Below are positions 13,130 to 24,498 of a DNA stretch of 58,330 nucleotides, piece after piece. The DNA is from Vicugna vicugna (lineage: Eukaryota): positions 62,001 to 120,330 of the forward strand of contig MU057840.1 in the NCBI GenBank assembly GCA_013265495.1, given 5' to 3'. The notes under the pieces are model-generated. The model saw nothing but the letters and a program-made list of their open reading frames with translations. It was not told the DNA's origin and made no database searches. Both the position numbers and the translations under genes were made by a program. Numbering within the stretch: position 1 is the stretch's first letter; every line of letters begins with the position of its first letter.

Positions 13130-13900
13130 TTCTTCATAAAGGATCTGTATCTTTGCTTTGTGTCTTTATTATATTTATTTCTAGATATAGTTTATGGTTT
13201 TTGTCATTACTGTGAATGTTACTTTGGTCATTTCCGTTTTTAATGACTGCTAATGAAGAAAAAACTATTAGTTTTTGCATATTTATCATGCACTATTTCA
13301 AAATTTCTTATTAATTCTACCTGTACTAAAGCCCTCGAGTTTTCTGGGTATTCTATTATATAATTTGAAAGCAGAAATAATTTTTCTTCCTTTCCAATAT
13401 TTAGAGCAATTGTTTACTTATTCTTTGCCTTATTTCAACAGTTAGAAGGGCCAAAGCGATGTTTAAAAATAGTGACAGGGATGTAAACGATGACAGAAAC
13501 ACTTGCCTTGTTTCTGATGTAACAGAAAGGGCTTTGCTTTAATATTCCACCAACCAGTGTGTGACAGCTGCTTCCTTTCTAGGGGGGACTATCATATTTG
13601 AATAGTTTCCTTTTATTTCAATGTTACCGTTTTCTTAAAAATGAGAAATGGTTTATTTATAAACGTACTTTTGCTTCTAATGGTACAATAATCTGAGTTT
13701 TCCTTTGAAAATGAATATATGAATAAATATGAATATGCAAACTTATGAAATTAATTCAGTAATTATATAATTTGTCTTTTTGACACATCTTACTGGATCA
13801 GATTTGCTTTAAGTAAACTTACAACTATTTTAATTAGCAAAATTGACTTCTTTTTGGAGTTTCTATCCGATTTTTGTCTTAAGGTTTGGAAAGTTTTATA
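13130..13900 (-). mobile_element. Old L1M ORF2 remnant
   Basis: T-rich antisense L1 motifs such as ttttcttcctttccaat, cttgccttgtttctgat and tagtttcctttta. Confidence 0.5.
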
Positions 13901-14034
13901 GTAGTAATATACTTAATGTTAAATATTAAGTTTGATGCCACACTCTGATACAGTAGCTACCAATCAATTGGCAATTTAAACATAATAATTAAAATAAAAT
14001 AAAAACATTCAATTCCTCAGTCCCACTAGCCACT

Positions 14035-14536
14035 CTCTTTTACAGCAAGGTGACTCAGGTATCCATATTTATATGAACATTCTTTTTCCAGATTCTTTTC
14101 TGTTAGAGGTTATCACAAGATACTGAATATAGTTTCCTGTGCTATACAGTAAATCCTTGTTCTTTATCTATTTTATATACAGTAGTGTGTATCTGTTAAT
14201 TCCATACTCCTAATTTATCCCCCCTATCCCCCTTTGGTAACCTGTAAGTTTGTTTTCTGTATCTGTGAGTCTCTTTCTATTTTGTAAATAAGTTCATTTG
14301 TATTATTTTTTTAGATTCCAGATATAAATGATGCCATATAATATTTGCCTTTCTCTGACTTACCTCACTTAGTATGATCATCTCTAGGTCCATCTATGTT
14401 GCTGCAAATGGCATGTTTCATTCTTTTATGGCTGAGTAGTATTCCACTGTACCTACATCTACACCACATCTTCTTTATCCAATCACGTGTTGGTAAGAAA
14501 CTTAGATTGCTTCCATGTCTTGGCTGTTGTAAATGT
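14035..14536 (-). mobile_element. 5'-truncated cetartiodactyl L1 3' end inserted into a MER3/MER33-like element
   Basis: Antisense L1 3' UTR (gatactgaatatagtttcctgtgctatacagtaaatccttg; tttttatggctgagtagtattccactgt) flanked by CCACTAGCCACT (14023-14034) and CCACTAGCGACT (14537-14548). Confidence 0.85.
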
Positions 14537-17427
14537 CCACTAGCGACTTTTAATTGCTCAACGGCTACCGAATTGTATGGCACAGATGTCATGCCCAAAA
14601 TAGAACTCTCTCTCTCTCTTTCTCAGCTTTAAAATTCTGAAGCTTTTTCCATTCCTGTTGTTAGTGCTACTGAAGCTACCCAAGTCATAAGGCTCCACAT
14701 CAGACTCTTGAAGAACTAAGAAAATATTCTCAGACCAAACCATTTTTGACTCATTTGTAACAAGAAGTAATCAATGTACAAATTAACCTAGTATTTTAAG
14801 CAACAGTAAGGAAACAAGTCCTTTAATCTGCAGGCTATGAAGCAATCTTTATACACTAAGTCCTGTGTAATATTAGTACAAAACAACTTTCATGTAAAAA
14901 GTAACCCTCAAGGAATGACAAGGGCAAATAGATCATTACATTTTAAATTCTTTTTCATTTCCCTGTTTAATAGATAATATCATCACAATAGGATATCTAG
15001 AGGAAACTCTGACCTCTAGTTTTACTATAAATGACAAGATACAGATACAGAAAAAAAAAAGCTGATGTTCTAATGACTTCACCTATTTCAAACCAAGAAA
15101 AGTAAAAACTAAAGAACTCTTTTAGAATATAAGCTTATTTTTAAATTCTCTTTTATTCAGTTCTAATGTATTGCCATCAAATCAGCCTCAAATCAGCCAA
15201 TTCTGGAAAATGAGAATACCTGCAGAGAAAATCCATTTCCTTTGTTAAAAGCAGACAAGCACCAGCTTATTAAGAAAGAGACTTTTGTTTTCAGACCATG
15301 CACTAAAAGGTTTCTTTTTACTAAAATTGCAAAATACTGTTTTTAAATTTAAAAAATTCTTCTTGTTATCTAATCTTTACAACATTGAAATTTTGTGTCC
15401 AAAAGTTTACAAGGCTAGTCAATAAAAGATCTTCCTGTTTATAATCACAACTGCCTCTGAAAATAATTCACTATCAATTTAAGCCCACAAACAAAAGCTT
15501 TATTTTTATTAATTTTAATTAAAATGGCTATTTATTATAGGTGTTTAAAATCTGAACTAGAAGTCCATTTTCTAGACAAATCAATTGACTCACATTTCAC
15601 ATTTCTCCATTTGAAGGAGTGCTTTCAAACATTACCCTGCCAAGAAGGAAAAATTCTGGTTAGTTTTAATAACCCTCTCATACTTTTGAATCTTCAGAAA
15701 TTCAGCTATTACACGTTGACAAGGCTATGTCAGGTGTCAAAAATTATCTGTTCAGTATTTTTAAAATATATTAACTCTAAATATCTGTCTACATAAGAAA
15801 TCAAAGCCCCTAATTTTTAGTAATTTTTAGTCACCACATACAATTCCATTTGTGTTGACCGGGGGAGGGGAGTTGGGGTGAGAGGAAAGGAAATATTACT
15901 GAATACACAATTAACTGAACACTTGCCCTTGTGTGAAAATCTTGAGATTTTCATTTTTACTGAAATCTTCATTTGTCTCCCAAAGCACTGCGTCTGTGTC
16001 AGAACAGAATTACTCCCTTTGGTGTCGTTTTCCCTCTTTTGAAATAGTGGCCTATTTTATGCTGTTCTGCTTGGTTCATACGTGCCTCTTCTGGATGCCC
16101 TCCTTACATCACAAGTGAAGCGAGCTGCTCTGCAAGGGTGTCCCTCTTGGGAGGTATATGGAATAGCTCACACATGTTATGATTTTAGATCTTCAGGAAA
16201 AATGTTCCGCAGCCCTTCAGTCCTCCAAGAGGATCAAGAGGGCACAGTAATATAAATTTGGTATAACCTTCCCCATTTTTGGAAGATAAGTTAGCAAAAT
16301 TCAATCTTTCAAACATCTACGCCCTGCTCTGCACCAGACACTGAGTACTGTGGTCGATACAAAGATGTGACATATGGCTCCTGCAGGCCCCAGGGACATT
16401 TACAAATAACTAACGTGCAGCAGGAAATTACAAGTATCTCAGGAACTCTGAGTTTAGGAGAGATCACATCCAGCTACAGTTGGAGCTGGGGCGGGGGTGG
16501 CACAGTGTGGACAGCTCAGTGATAACTTCATAAAGGATCTGCACAGACAGACGCACAGGGCCTCTTGGAAAAGGGAAGGTAAGGACAGAAAAACAGCCTC
16601 AGAACATGTTTCAACTTCCTCAGAGCACAGAGGTCTTGGAAAAGGAGCTTCAACATTAGCTATAATCAAAGTCTTTTGACTACAAATAATAATTAACAAT
16701 CAAATCGGTTTAACCTAATATACCAACATTTTACCTCAGAAACAAACCATTCAGTCTTACCACAAGAAATGTATACACAAGGAAAATTTACAAACTAGAG
16801 TGAAAATACTAAAGTACACTGGGAAATAATACACACAGAGACACACACCCCATGCGGAAGAAAGCCTTTTTTGTTTGTCTCTTCATCACAGTGAGGTGTG
16901 GGAAATGTGAATTTCACCTGCAGCCTCATGGGTCTACCACTCTCACAGGTTCCATATAGGCTGTCAGTATCACGCTACAGGAGCAAAATTCCCTGGCACT
17001 TTGTTCTAAAACCACAAATGGGATGGTTCTGTGACCAGCTGCAGCTCCCTGCACTTCAGAAGCTCTGGGTGTCCACACACTCACAGAAGACTGGAACTGG
17101 CCAAGAAGCCCCTGCCATGGTGTCTGTTCCCCAAGGTTCAAGATCTGCCATTTAATTCCAATTCAGCTGTGAAACGATTTGTACTTTAGCACGCTACTCC
17201 AACATAAAACAAATTAAATTAAATTAAATATAAAACAAATTAAATTCCAATTCTAGTTAATAAAGGTATTCCTCCAAAATGCAATATACAAAGACATTAA
17301 AGTAGATAATCTTTATCTTTAAAGAGACCTATGAACAGAATTCCACTCCATTAAGAAAATTCTAAGGTAATTCTTTAAGTTTCCTCAAAGAGTTACTATT
17401 TCCTCATAATCTCACCAATAGCAAGAA

Positions 17428-18289
17428 AACCCACTGCACACAGAGATTTAGCTGTATCTCCAAACTTCCCCATTAAGCCTTTCATGCACATTACTAACTG
17501 AAAACCAAGAAGACTGAATGTTTTCAATGTCTGGTACGAACAGGATGCCATGACCTACACTGATGACTGTAAGACAGACACTTCAAGAACGATCTTAATT
17601 TCTGCTGTCTAAAGAGAAATACTTACAAACTTATAGTAACACACAGTTCTGTTAATTAGGTAGCTCTGTCATTCTAGTTTCCTGAGGGAAAGGGGGGGGA
17701 AACTAATGAAAACACTCTAACAGCTTGGCTAACACTTAACTTTCGTAGGAGTGTTTTATGAGAACAAATGGCAATAAACTGAGCACTAGGCCTTGTGTGA
17801 AAATCCTGAGATTTTCACTTCTACTGACATTGCCATCTGCCTCTAGCTTCTCTCTCACAACCCACTGCACACAGAGATTTAGCTGTATCTCCAAACTTCC
17901 CCATTAAGCCTTTCATGCACATTACTAACTGAAAACCAAGAAGACTGAATGTTTTCAATGTCTGGTACAAACAGGATGCCATGACCTACACTGATGACTG
18001 TAAGACAGACACTTCAAGAACGATCTTAATTTCTGCTGTCTAAAGAGAAATACTTACAAACTTATAGTAACACACAGTTCTGTCAATTAGGTAGCTCTGT
18101 CATTCTAGTTTCCTGAGGGAAAGGGGGGGGAAACTAATGAAAACACTCTAACAGCTTGGCTAACACTTAACTTTCGTAGGAGTGTTTTATGAGAACAAAT
18201 GGCAATAAACTGAGCACTAGGCCTTGTGTGAAAATCCTGAGATTTTCACTTCTACTGACATTGCCATCTGCCTCTAGCTTCTCTCTCAC
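17428..18289. repeat. Head-to-tail 431-bp tandem duplication (17428-17858 / 17859-18289)
   Basis: Both copies run aacccactgcacacag...ttctctctcac; I found only two substitutions (tacgaac/tacaaac; tgttaat/tgtcaat). Confidence 0.97.
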
Positions 18290-19475
18290 CCAGGTCTGGA
18301 CACCTTCTGCACAAAGGATCACCAAAATGGTAATGACCTGGATGACTAGCCCTCACGAGGCTTTACTCAGTCATCACAGCAATGTTAAACCACCGACCTT
18401 TCTTTCCTTCCTTTTGATGGACAGCTTTCTACAATAACCAACTAAGGACGATGCAGAAAGGACCAGCACACAACTTCAGTAGAAAGTATGAATCAAAAGC
18501 GGTGTCTGGACTTTAAATCCCCATCCCTGCCCAGTATGACCTACGGCCTTTGTGTGACATTGATTCAAGGGCTGTGTGGCAGCTACAACACATCCAAAGA
18601 GAGCCTTTAAATAGCTTGGGTTTTTTTTTTTCTTCTTTCAATATTAAAACCCGTTTGAATTCAGTAAAGTGGTTACAACAAGTAAAGAATTGTTCATAAT
18701 TTACTAGACAAGGGAAGAAATTTGCTTCACACTAAAGTTAAAACTGTAAAACACACTGAATTTCTGAGCAGACCAAATGGACATGGGTTATTAAACATCA
18801 CTTGTAATCTAAACAGCCTAGTTCTAAGTCGCCACAAAAACAGACACTTACTTTATTGTCATTTATATGAAACAGACATGTAGACATTATTACAAGGAGA
18901 ACAGGGCCCCCAAAATCTTTTTAAAAGATGTGATACTTTAAACAAAAATTGGTCTGAAAAGCTATAAGCAAAAATCTTGACATGTATCTACCGAAGAGAA
19001 GAGGAGACCGGAACTGTGTTGGGGGTGGGGAGAATGTCAAAATAATTTTTTAAACAAATAAGTTATAAATTTAAGATTATATAACAAAATGTTAACTGGA
19101 CAATAGGAACATGGGTTTTTATCTCAGGTGGGGCACTGAGTTTTTAATCCTTTCATTCTTCAATTAAAAACAAAACAAGAAAAAGAAAAGGACTTACAGT
19201 GAGCAACAACAAATAATAGTTACTTTTCATTTCCCTGCAGCCTACGGGGGGTGGGAAAGAAGAGGCAGTGGAGAGGCTGAAAGGGCAAAGCAAATGAATA
19301 CGTACAGGTGGTCCTGGTGGCCCCATCCTCTGTGAGTCCCCACAGAACTCACAGGCAGCAGTGGCCGTCTCGACTGCTTTAGAGGCTGGGGCGAGCGGAA
19401 AGAGCGACGAAGATGAGAAAACACTTGCGCTCACATGGTAAAGGAACACCATTTTCAGAAAACAGTAATACTTAC

Positions 19476-19607
19476 CAGTACGTACTGTAGCTACTGCAAT
19501 CCATACACACCGTGTGCTGAGCTTTTTCTTGCTTTTCTGACTTCTTACGGTTGATTAAGGGTATTTGTGTATCTTCGTAACTTTTTTTTTGCATGACATT
19601 CACATAC
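19476..19607 (-). CDS. USP3: USP3 exon 3, copy A (ZnF-UBP, degenerate), 132 bp
   Basis: tgtaag|G TAT GTG AAT...TAC TG|gtaagt; encodes YVNVMQKKSYEDTQIPLINRKKSEKQEKAQHTVCMDCSSYSTY. The GHAKKH motif is replaced by VMQKKS. Confidence 0.94.
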
Positions 19608-20254
19608 CTTACAAAAATCAAATGAAAATCTATCTTAATCTAAATACTGCTTTGGAAGGTAAAGTAGTAGGAGATGATAATAAAATTAGATTGTTATCAA
19701 ATCAGAAATGAGAAAGAATTTTTCCTAATAAAAGCATTCATTCCTGTAAGAACATTCAGTCACTTAGTGATTTATTAAGCTGAGTACTTAAAATATGCTC
19801 TTCTTTCGCAATCATGTATGACAGTCGGCTCTTAGTTACACACAAGACTGGGGCCAGGCAAGGAAGGTGTCATCTACGCAAACCAGTTTCAACACCAGTG
19901 ATATCATCGCTTGTCAACTCCTTTGCTAGATCCTTCTGCTACGGCTTTTTTCTTTTTTTAAAGTGTTTCTCAGACGGCTAGCCCCAACCTCAGGCTATTA
20001 TCAAAGACGAGTTTCGTAAACTAAATTACTCAGTCACTGCCCACAGGGTCACGGGCTCTGCTTAATAAAAACATGAGAATCAGATAGTGAATGAATACGT
20101 ACAGGTGGTCCTGGTGGCCCCATCCTCTGTGAGTCCCCACAGAACTCACAGGCAGCAGTGGCCGTCTCGACTGCTTTAGAGGCTGGGGCAAGCGCAAAGA
20201 GCGAGGAAGATGAGAAAACACTTGCACTCACGGTAAAGGAACAGTAACACTTAC

Positions 20255-20386
20255 CAGTACGTACTGTAGCTACTGCAATCCATACACACCGTGTGCTGAG
20301 CTTTTTCTTGCTTTTCTGACTTCTTACGGTTGATTAAGGGTATTTGTGTATCTTCGTAACTTTTTTTTTGCATGACATTCACATAC
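20255..20386 (-). CDS. USP3: USP3 exon 3, copy B (same exon sequence as copy A), 132 bp
   Basis: Same exon sequence and AG/GTAAGT sites as 19476-19607, inside a ~0.79 kb tandem duplication. Confidence 0.92.
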
Positions 20387-21639
20387 CTTACAAAAATCAA
20401 ATGAAAATCTATCTTAATCTAAATACTGCTTTGGAAGGTAAAGTAGTAGGAGATGATAATAAAATTAGATTGTTATCAAATCAGAAATGAGAAAGAATTT
20501 TTCCTAATAAAAGCATTCATTCCTGTAAGAACATTCAGTCACTTAGTGATTTATTAAGCTGAGTACTTAAAATATGCTCTTCTTTCGCAATCATGTATGA
20601 CAGTCGGCTCTTAGTTACACACAAGACTGGGGCCAGGCAAGGAAGGTGTCATCTACGCAAACCAGTTTCAACACCAGTGATATTACCGCTTGTCAACTCC
20701 TTTGCTAGATCCTTCTGCTACGGCTTTTTTCTTTTTTTAAAGTGTTTCTCAGACGGCTAGCCCCAACCTCAGGCTATTATCAAAGACGAGTTTCGTAAAC
20801 TAAATTACTCAGTCACTGCCCACAGGGTCACGGGCTCTGCTTAATAAAAACATGAGAATCAGATAGTGAAACAGGACAACCTTCCATCTCCTTCTCATCA
20901 GTATGGCTCCAAATCTTTTATTTGAATGCCTGCACAATCACTCCACTCATATGGAATAGGTTTGTTTAGAAAAAATCCAAACAAAACACAACTCATGTTA
21001 ACCTTATACAGACTGTTCTTTCTCTACATGGACAAAGATAATCAAAGGTTGACTACAGTCATAAAAATTAACTCTTTCCCATTCAGATTGAATAAATCAT
21101 TTTATCACAAAAAGCAAAATAAAACTGAATTGAGGGTTCACATGCATATGCTGTGCACACAAATTCACCTACATCTTCACCTAAATATGTACAAAGCCGT
21201 AACCGACCACTACTTGAAGACCCTTATAAAACAAAAACTAAAACTCCCCAGTTCCTAGAAAGCAGCTAATTTGTAGAAGGCAAGGCCTAATGGAAAACTC
21301 ACAACAGTCAAAACGAATGTTGATTTAACAGCACCAAAATAACTCTGCTCAGAGAGTTAAGGTGACATTTTTGTCACAAGGCGCCTTAAACCTTAACTGA
21401 GAGCAACACTTACCTTGGGGAAAGCTAGGGAAAGCGAGGAGGACCAACCGCAAGCCCAGCCTCTGGCCCCAGGAAAGCTGGAAGCATGAGAGGCACTGCC
21501 ACCCTCCACTCAACTCTGACTTTGGTCATGGTTTTTTCCGACATTTTGTTTTCTTTGTAATAAACATAACCAACACTTGTGGGTACAAAGGTCTTAAGTT
21601 TACAAAAGTGGACTAAAATGAATTTTTTAAAAATGATTA

Positions 21640-21835
21640 AGAGTATAAACTCAAAAACAAGACTGCCTGGGTTCAAAAGTAGGCTTTGTCACATGCTGGC
21701 CAGGGGAGCTGGGGTGAGTTAACCTCTCTGTGCTTCTGTTACCTGTAATGGAGGTAAAAACACTTACACTGTCGGTTCTTAGGTGATTAAACAATCCACG
21801 GCTCAGAATGCATGCATGAATGAGTGTTAGCAATT
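21640..21835 (+). mobile_element. MIR SINE
   Basis: agactgcctgggttcaaa...gagtttaacctctctgtgcttctgttacctgtaatggag. Confidence 0.7.
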
Positions 21836-21872
21836 TTTTATTCGTATTTTCCTTTATATGCTTAACAACTAC

Positions 21873-22017
21873 TTTTTTTTTTTTTTATTTTGGTGGAGGG
21901 GGAGGTAATGAGGTTTTTTGGGTTTTTTTGTTAATGGAGGTACGAGATACTGGAGATTGAACCCAGGACCTCATGCTTGCTAGGCACACGCTCTACCACT
22001 GAGCTATATACCCTGCC
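21873..22017 (-). mobile_element. Camelid Vic-1-like SINE
   Basis: Poly-T, ttttggtggagggggaggtaatgagg, then tactggagattgaacccaggacctcatgcttgctaggcacacgctctaccactgagctatataccc. Confidence 0.88.
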
Positions 22018-24437
22018 TCCCTGCTTAACTACAATTTATTCAGAATCCAAACAACATAATTGCTTGGAAAGTCATCATATTAAGTCCATACTTTGAGATG
22101 TGTTAACATTGCACAGGTCAGGAAACACCCCATATTTAATTAAAAGATAAACTCCAGGGGAGCCTATAAGTTCAATACCTAATCAGCTTAATTTCCTATG
22201 CTTGTATGTATTTACAGCTTAAATTCCTAGGCTTATACATATTTATACTGTGCTGTGAAAAACAAAGAAATATTTATAATGAGGAGTACCTTCAGAATCC
22301 AAGAAAAGGCAATAGGGAATGATAATAAAGGCATTACCACATTCAAATTTTTGAAAACTGGTTACATTGCATATAGTTCATTTACACACATACTGTAGTC
22401 TCCAAATGTACTAAATGCTCACATGTCAATGTCAGTGACACAGTAGGGCTGCTTTACTGCAGACCTAAGAGTAACAATGTTTTGGCTAATACTCAAAACA
22501 TCAGTCAGAAGTTAACCAACACGTATAAAAAGGCTATCATAAAAATAAATATTTCTCTCATCCAGTTTTAGATTTTAGCTAGACAATTTGGTCTAAAAAG
22601 GAAAAGTGTCAATATGCACATCACAGATTTTTTAACAACAGCAAAAATCGGAAAAATACCTTAAATGGGATGGTGTCATGAAGACTAATAGGATATATAA
22701 CTCAAATGCGCTACGGATAAACTATGTTTCCTAGTGGAAAAAATGCTCAATTTAAGACTTCCCTACAGACAAGTGGGCTAAATCACTAAAAAAAAAGCCC
22801 AGAATCCTTGGCAACCAATACCCAGGATTACATGATACAAGAACATTAGCCAATCAGCCATGTAAAATGAACGTCCAAATACAGGCTCTTCTCCTCATCT
22901 GTGTAATCTACTTAATCATGTACCTCTGCACCATGTCAAGTTCCTAAATTTAAGATTGCTTACAACTGGAAGCATGCTGCCTACAGAGCCTAGAAAGTTT
23001 TCACTTTCTTTTTTTTTTTCCTTTTTCAGTTTTATTAGGTAGAATTATCACATCTTGATTATTTTTCCAAACCTACTTAGAGAACTGCTTGTTGTTAGCT
23101 ATCAAGGACATTCATCTCTCCAATTTTTTAGTTTGTCAGGTCTTTTTGTTGACATATGACCTTCAAGATTCAGGCTGTAGAGCACTATGAGACAAATGGA
23201 GAATAGAATTATGTAAGTTTTATTACATTATAACTCTCACCTCTCAAAATCTAGGAGAGGAATCTGTCTCTTCAAAGTGCAGTATTTAAGTGCTTCTACT
23301 TTTCTTCTTTTTTAAAAAGAAAAAATGTTATCTGTACAAAGTATTCTCAGGTTCCCCAAATCCTAGAGATTGCAAAACCACAACAACCACAATTAAGATA
23401 TGCAGTTAACATTTTCCAAAGGTACTCTTTAAGTGTACATGAAACAAAATACTCAGTTCCAGGACTGAAAATAAGATGCTCTCTTCATGCAATGAAGGTT
23501 TATAAATAACAGTGGGGAAACAGTCCAAATAAATGCAATACAGATTTCAGCCTGTGCCGCTTGGTATGATTTCCCATCTCCCTGCTGCTGGGCTATTAAC
23601 TTCTAAAGTAAATTCAAAGTGGATTTTCCAAGCTAAAAGAGAGACAGAAATAAATGTGCTACTGCCAGGCACACAAAGGTGGATGTTTACTTGAGTTTCT
23701 GTTAGCAGAGTTACTAACGTACTTAATATTTAAGTAAAGTCATTTTGGAGCAAAGACCTAGGAGGAAATGCTCAGGCTGGAATGGGGGTTGGGAGTGTTA
23801 AGCCTTAATGGAATGAAACATGTGGTACATTTGAGACAGCATTAATAACCCCACCGTGAGGTCGTTCTCAAGGGAGTTCCTTTATCTGTACATATTCTAG
23901 TGTTTTGTTTTGTTTTGTTTTCAGAAAAATAATATGACATCCAGGATCTGATTCAAAACTCAGATTCAAAAAGGTAAGGCTGGCATAGGTAATAGGTGAA
24001 ACAAAATTGGCCACGTGTTTATAAGTGTTGAAGCTGGGCGGTAAAAATACAGGGTTCAATTAATTATACTCTCTACTTCTGAGCGTGCTTAAATTTACCC
24101 TAATAAAAGGTACTTAAAACAACCATAAGACATCAGAGTTCCTTATTTCATCTTTTATTACTAGCAGACTGTCACATATTACTAGTAGATTGTCTTTATC
24201 ATCAAATTAATTCTTCTGAGTACCAACAAAAAAGGGGTCCCCCCTCCAGATTTTCCTCAGTTCCATCACCGAACAGGGATTCTGTTAGGAGAGGGAAGCC
24301 CTACAGAGAATTACGTACACACTATGATTAAGCAGTGGTGCTAAATAAACCCAAATCAGTAAAACTTTGACATAAAGCTTAAGGTAAATTGAAAAAAGCA
24401 AGTTGGATAGCAAAGTAAGAATAAGTATGTCACCCAC

Positions 24438-24498
24438 CTTCCACAGTGGACACCTGAAGAAGTCAGACAGACCCAGGGGCTTTTGCTGGACCGGCACA
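24438..24498 (-). CDS. USP3: USP3 exon 2 (ZnF-UBP), 61 bp
   Basis: tattag|TG TGC CGG...GGA AG|gtgggt; encodes VCRSSKSPWVCLTSSGVHCGR (in ORF 24356..24538) versus recalled human VCRSNKSPWVCLTCSSVHCGR. Confidence 0.95.

Larger units (their letters stand above)
19293..20870. repeat. Tandem duplication of ~797/779 bp containing USP3 exon 3
   Basis: Copies start aatgaatacgtacagg at 19293 and 20090 and end cagatagtgaa at 20091 and 20870. They differ by a 16-bp indel, a 2-bp indel and about seven substitutions. Confidence 0.97.
156..24498 (-). pseudogene. USP3: Duplicated/disrupted intron-containing USP3 copy (exons 2-7 visible, gene continues off the left edge, exon 1 not found)
   Basis: Six distinct exons (61, 132 x2, 84, 77, 83, 114 bp) with AG/GT boundaries translate to USP3 sequence in the right order. 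The canonical frame is broken in exon 5 and reaches TAA at 267-269. Pseudogene versus re-framed gene is unresolved. Confidence 0.9.

Noticed and set aside
17199..17246. (AAATT)n-like run and other microsatellites ((CA)n 35461-35488, (CT)n 45262-45306, (GA)n 53900-53921)
   Set aside because: Ordinary simple repeats.
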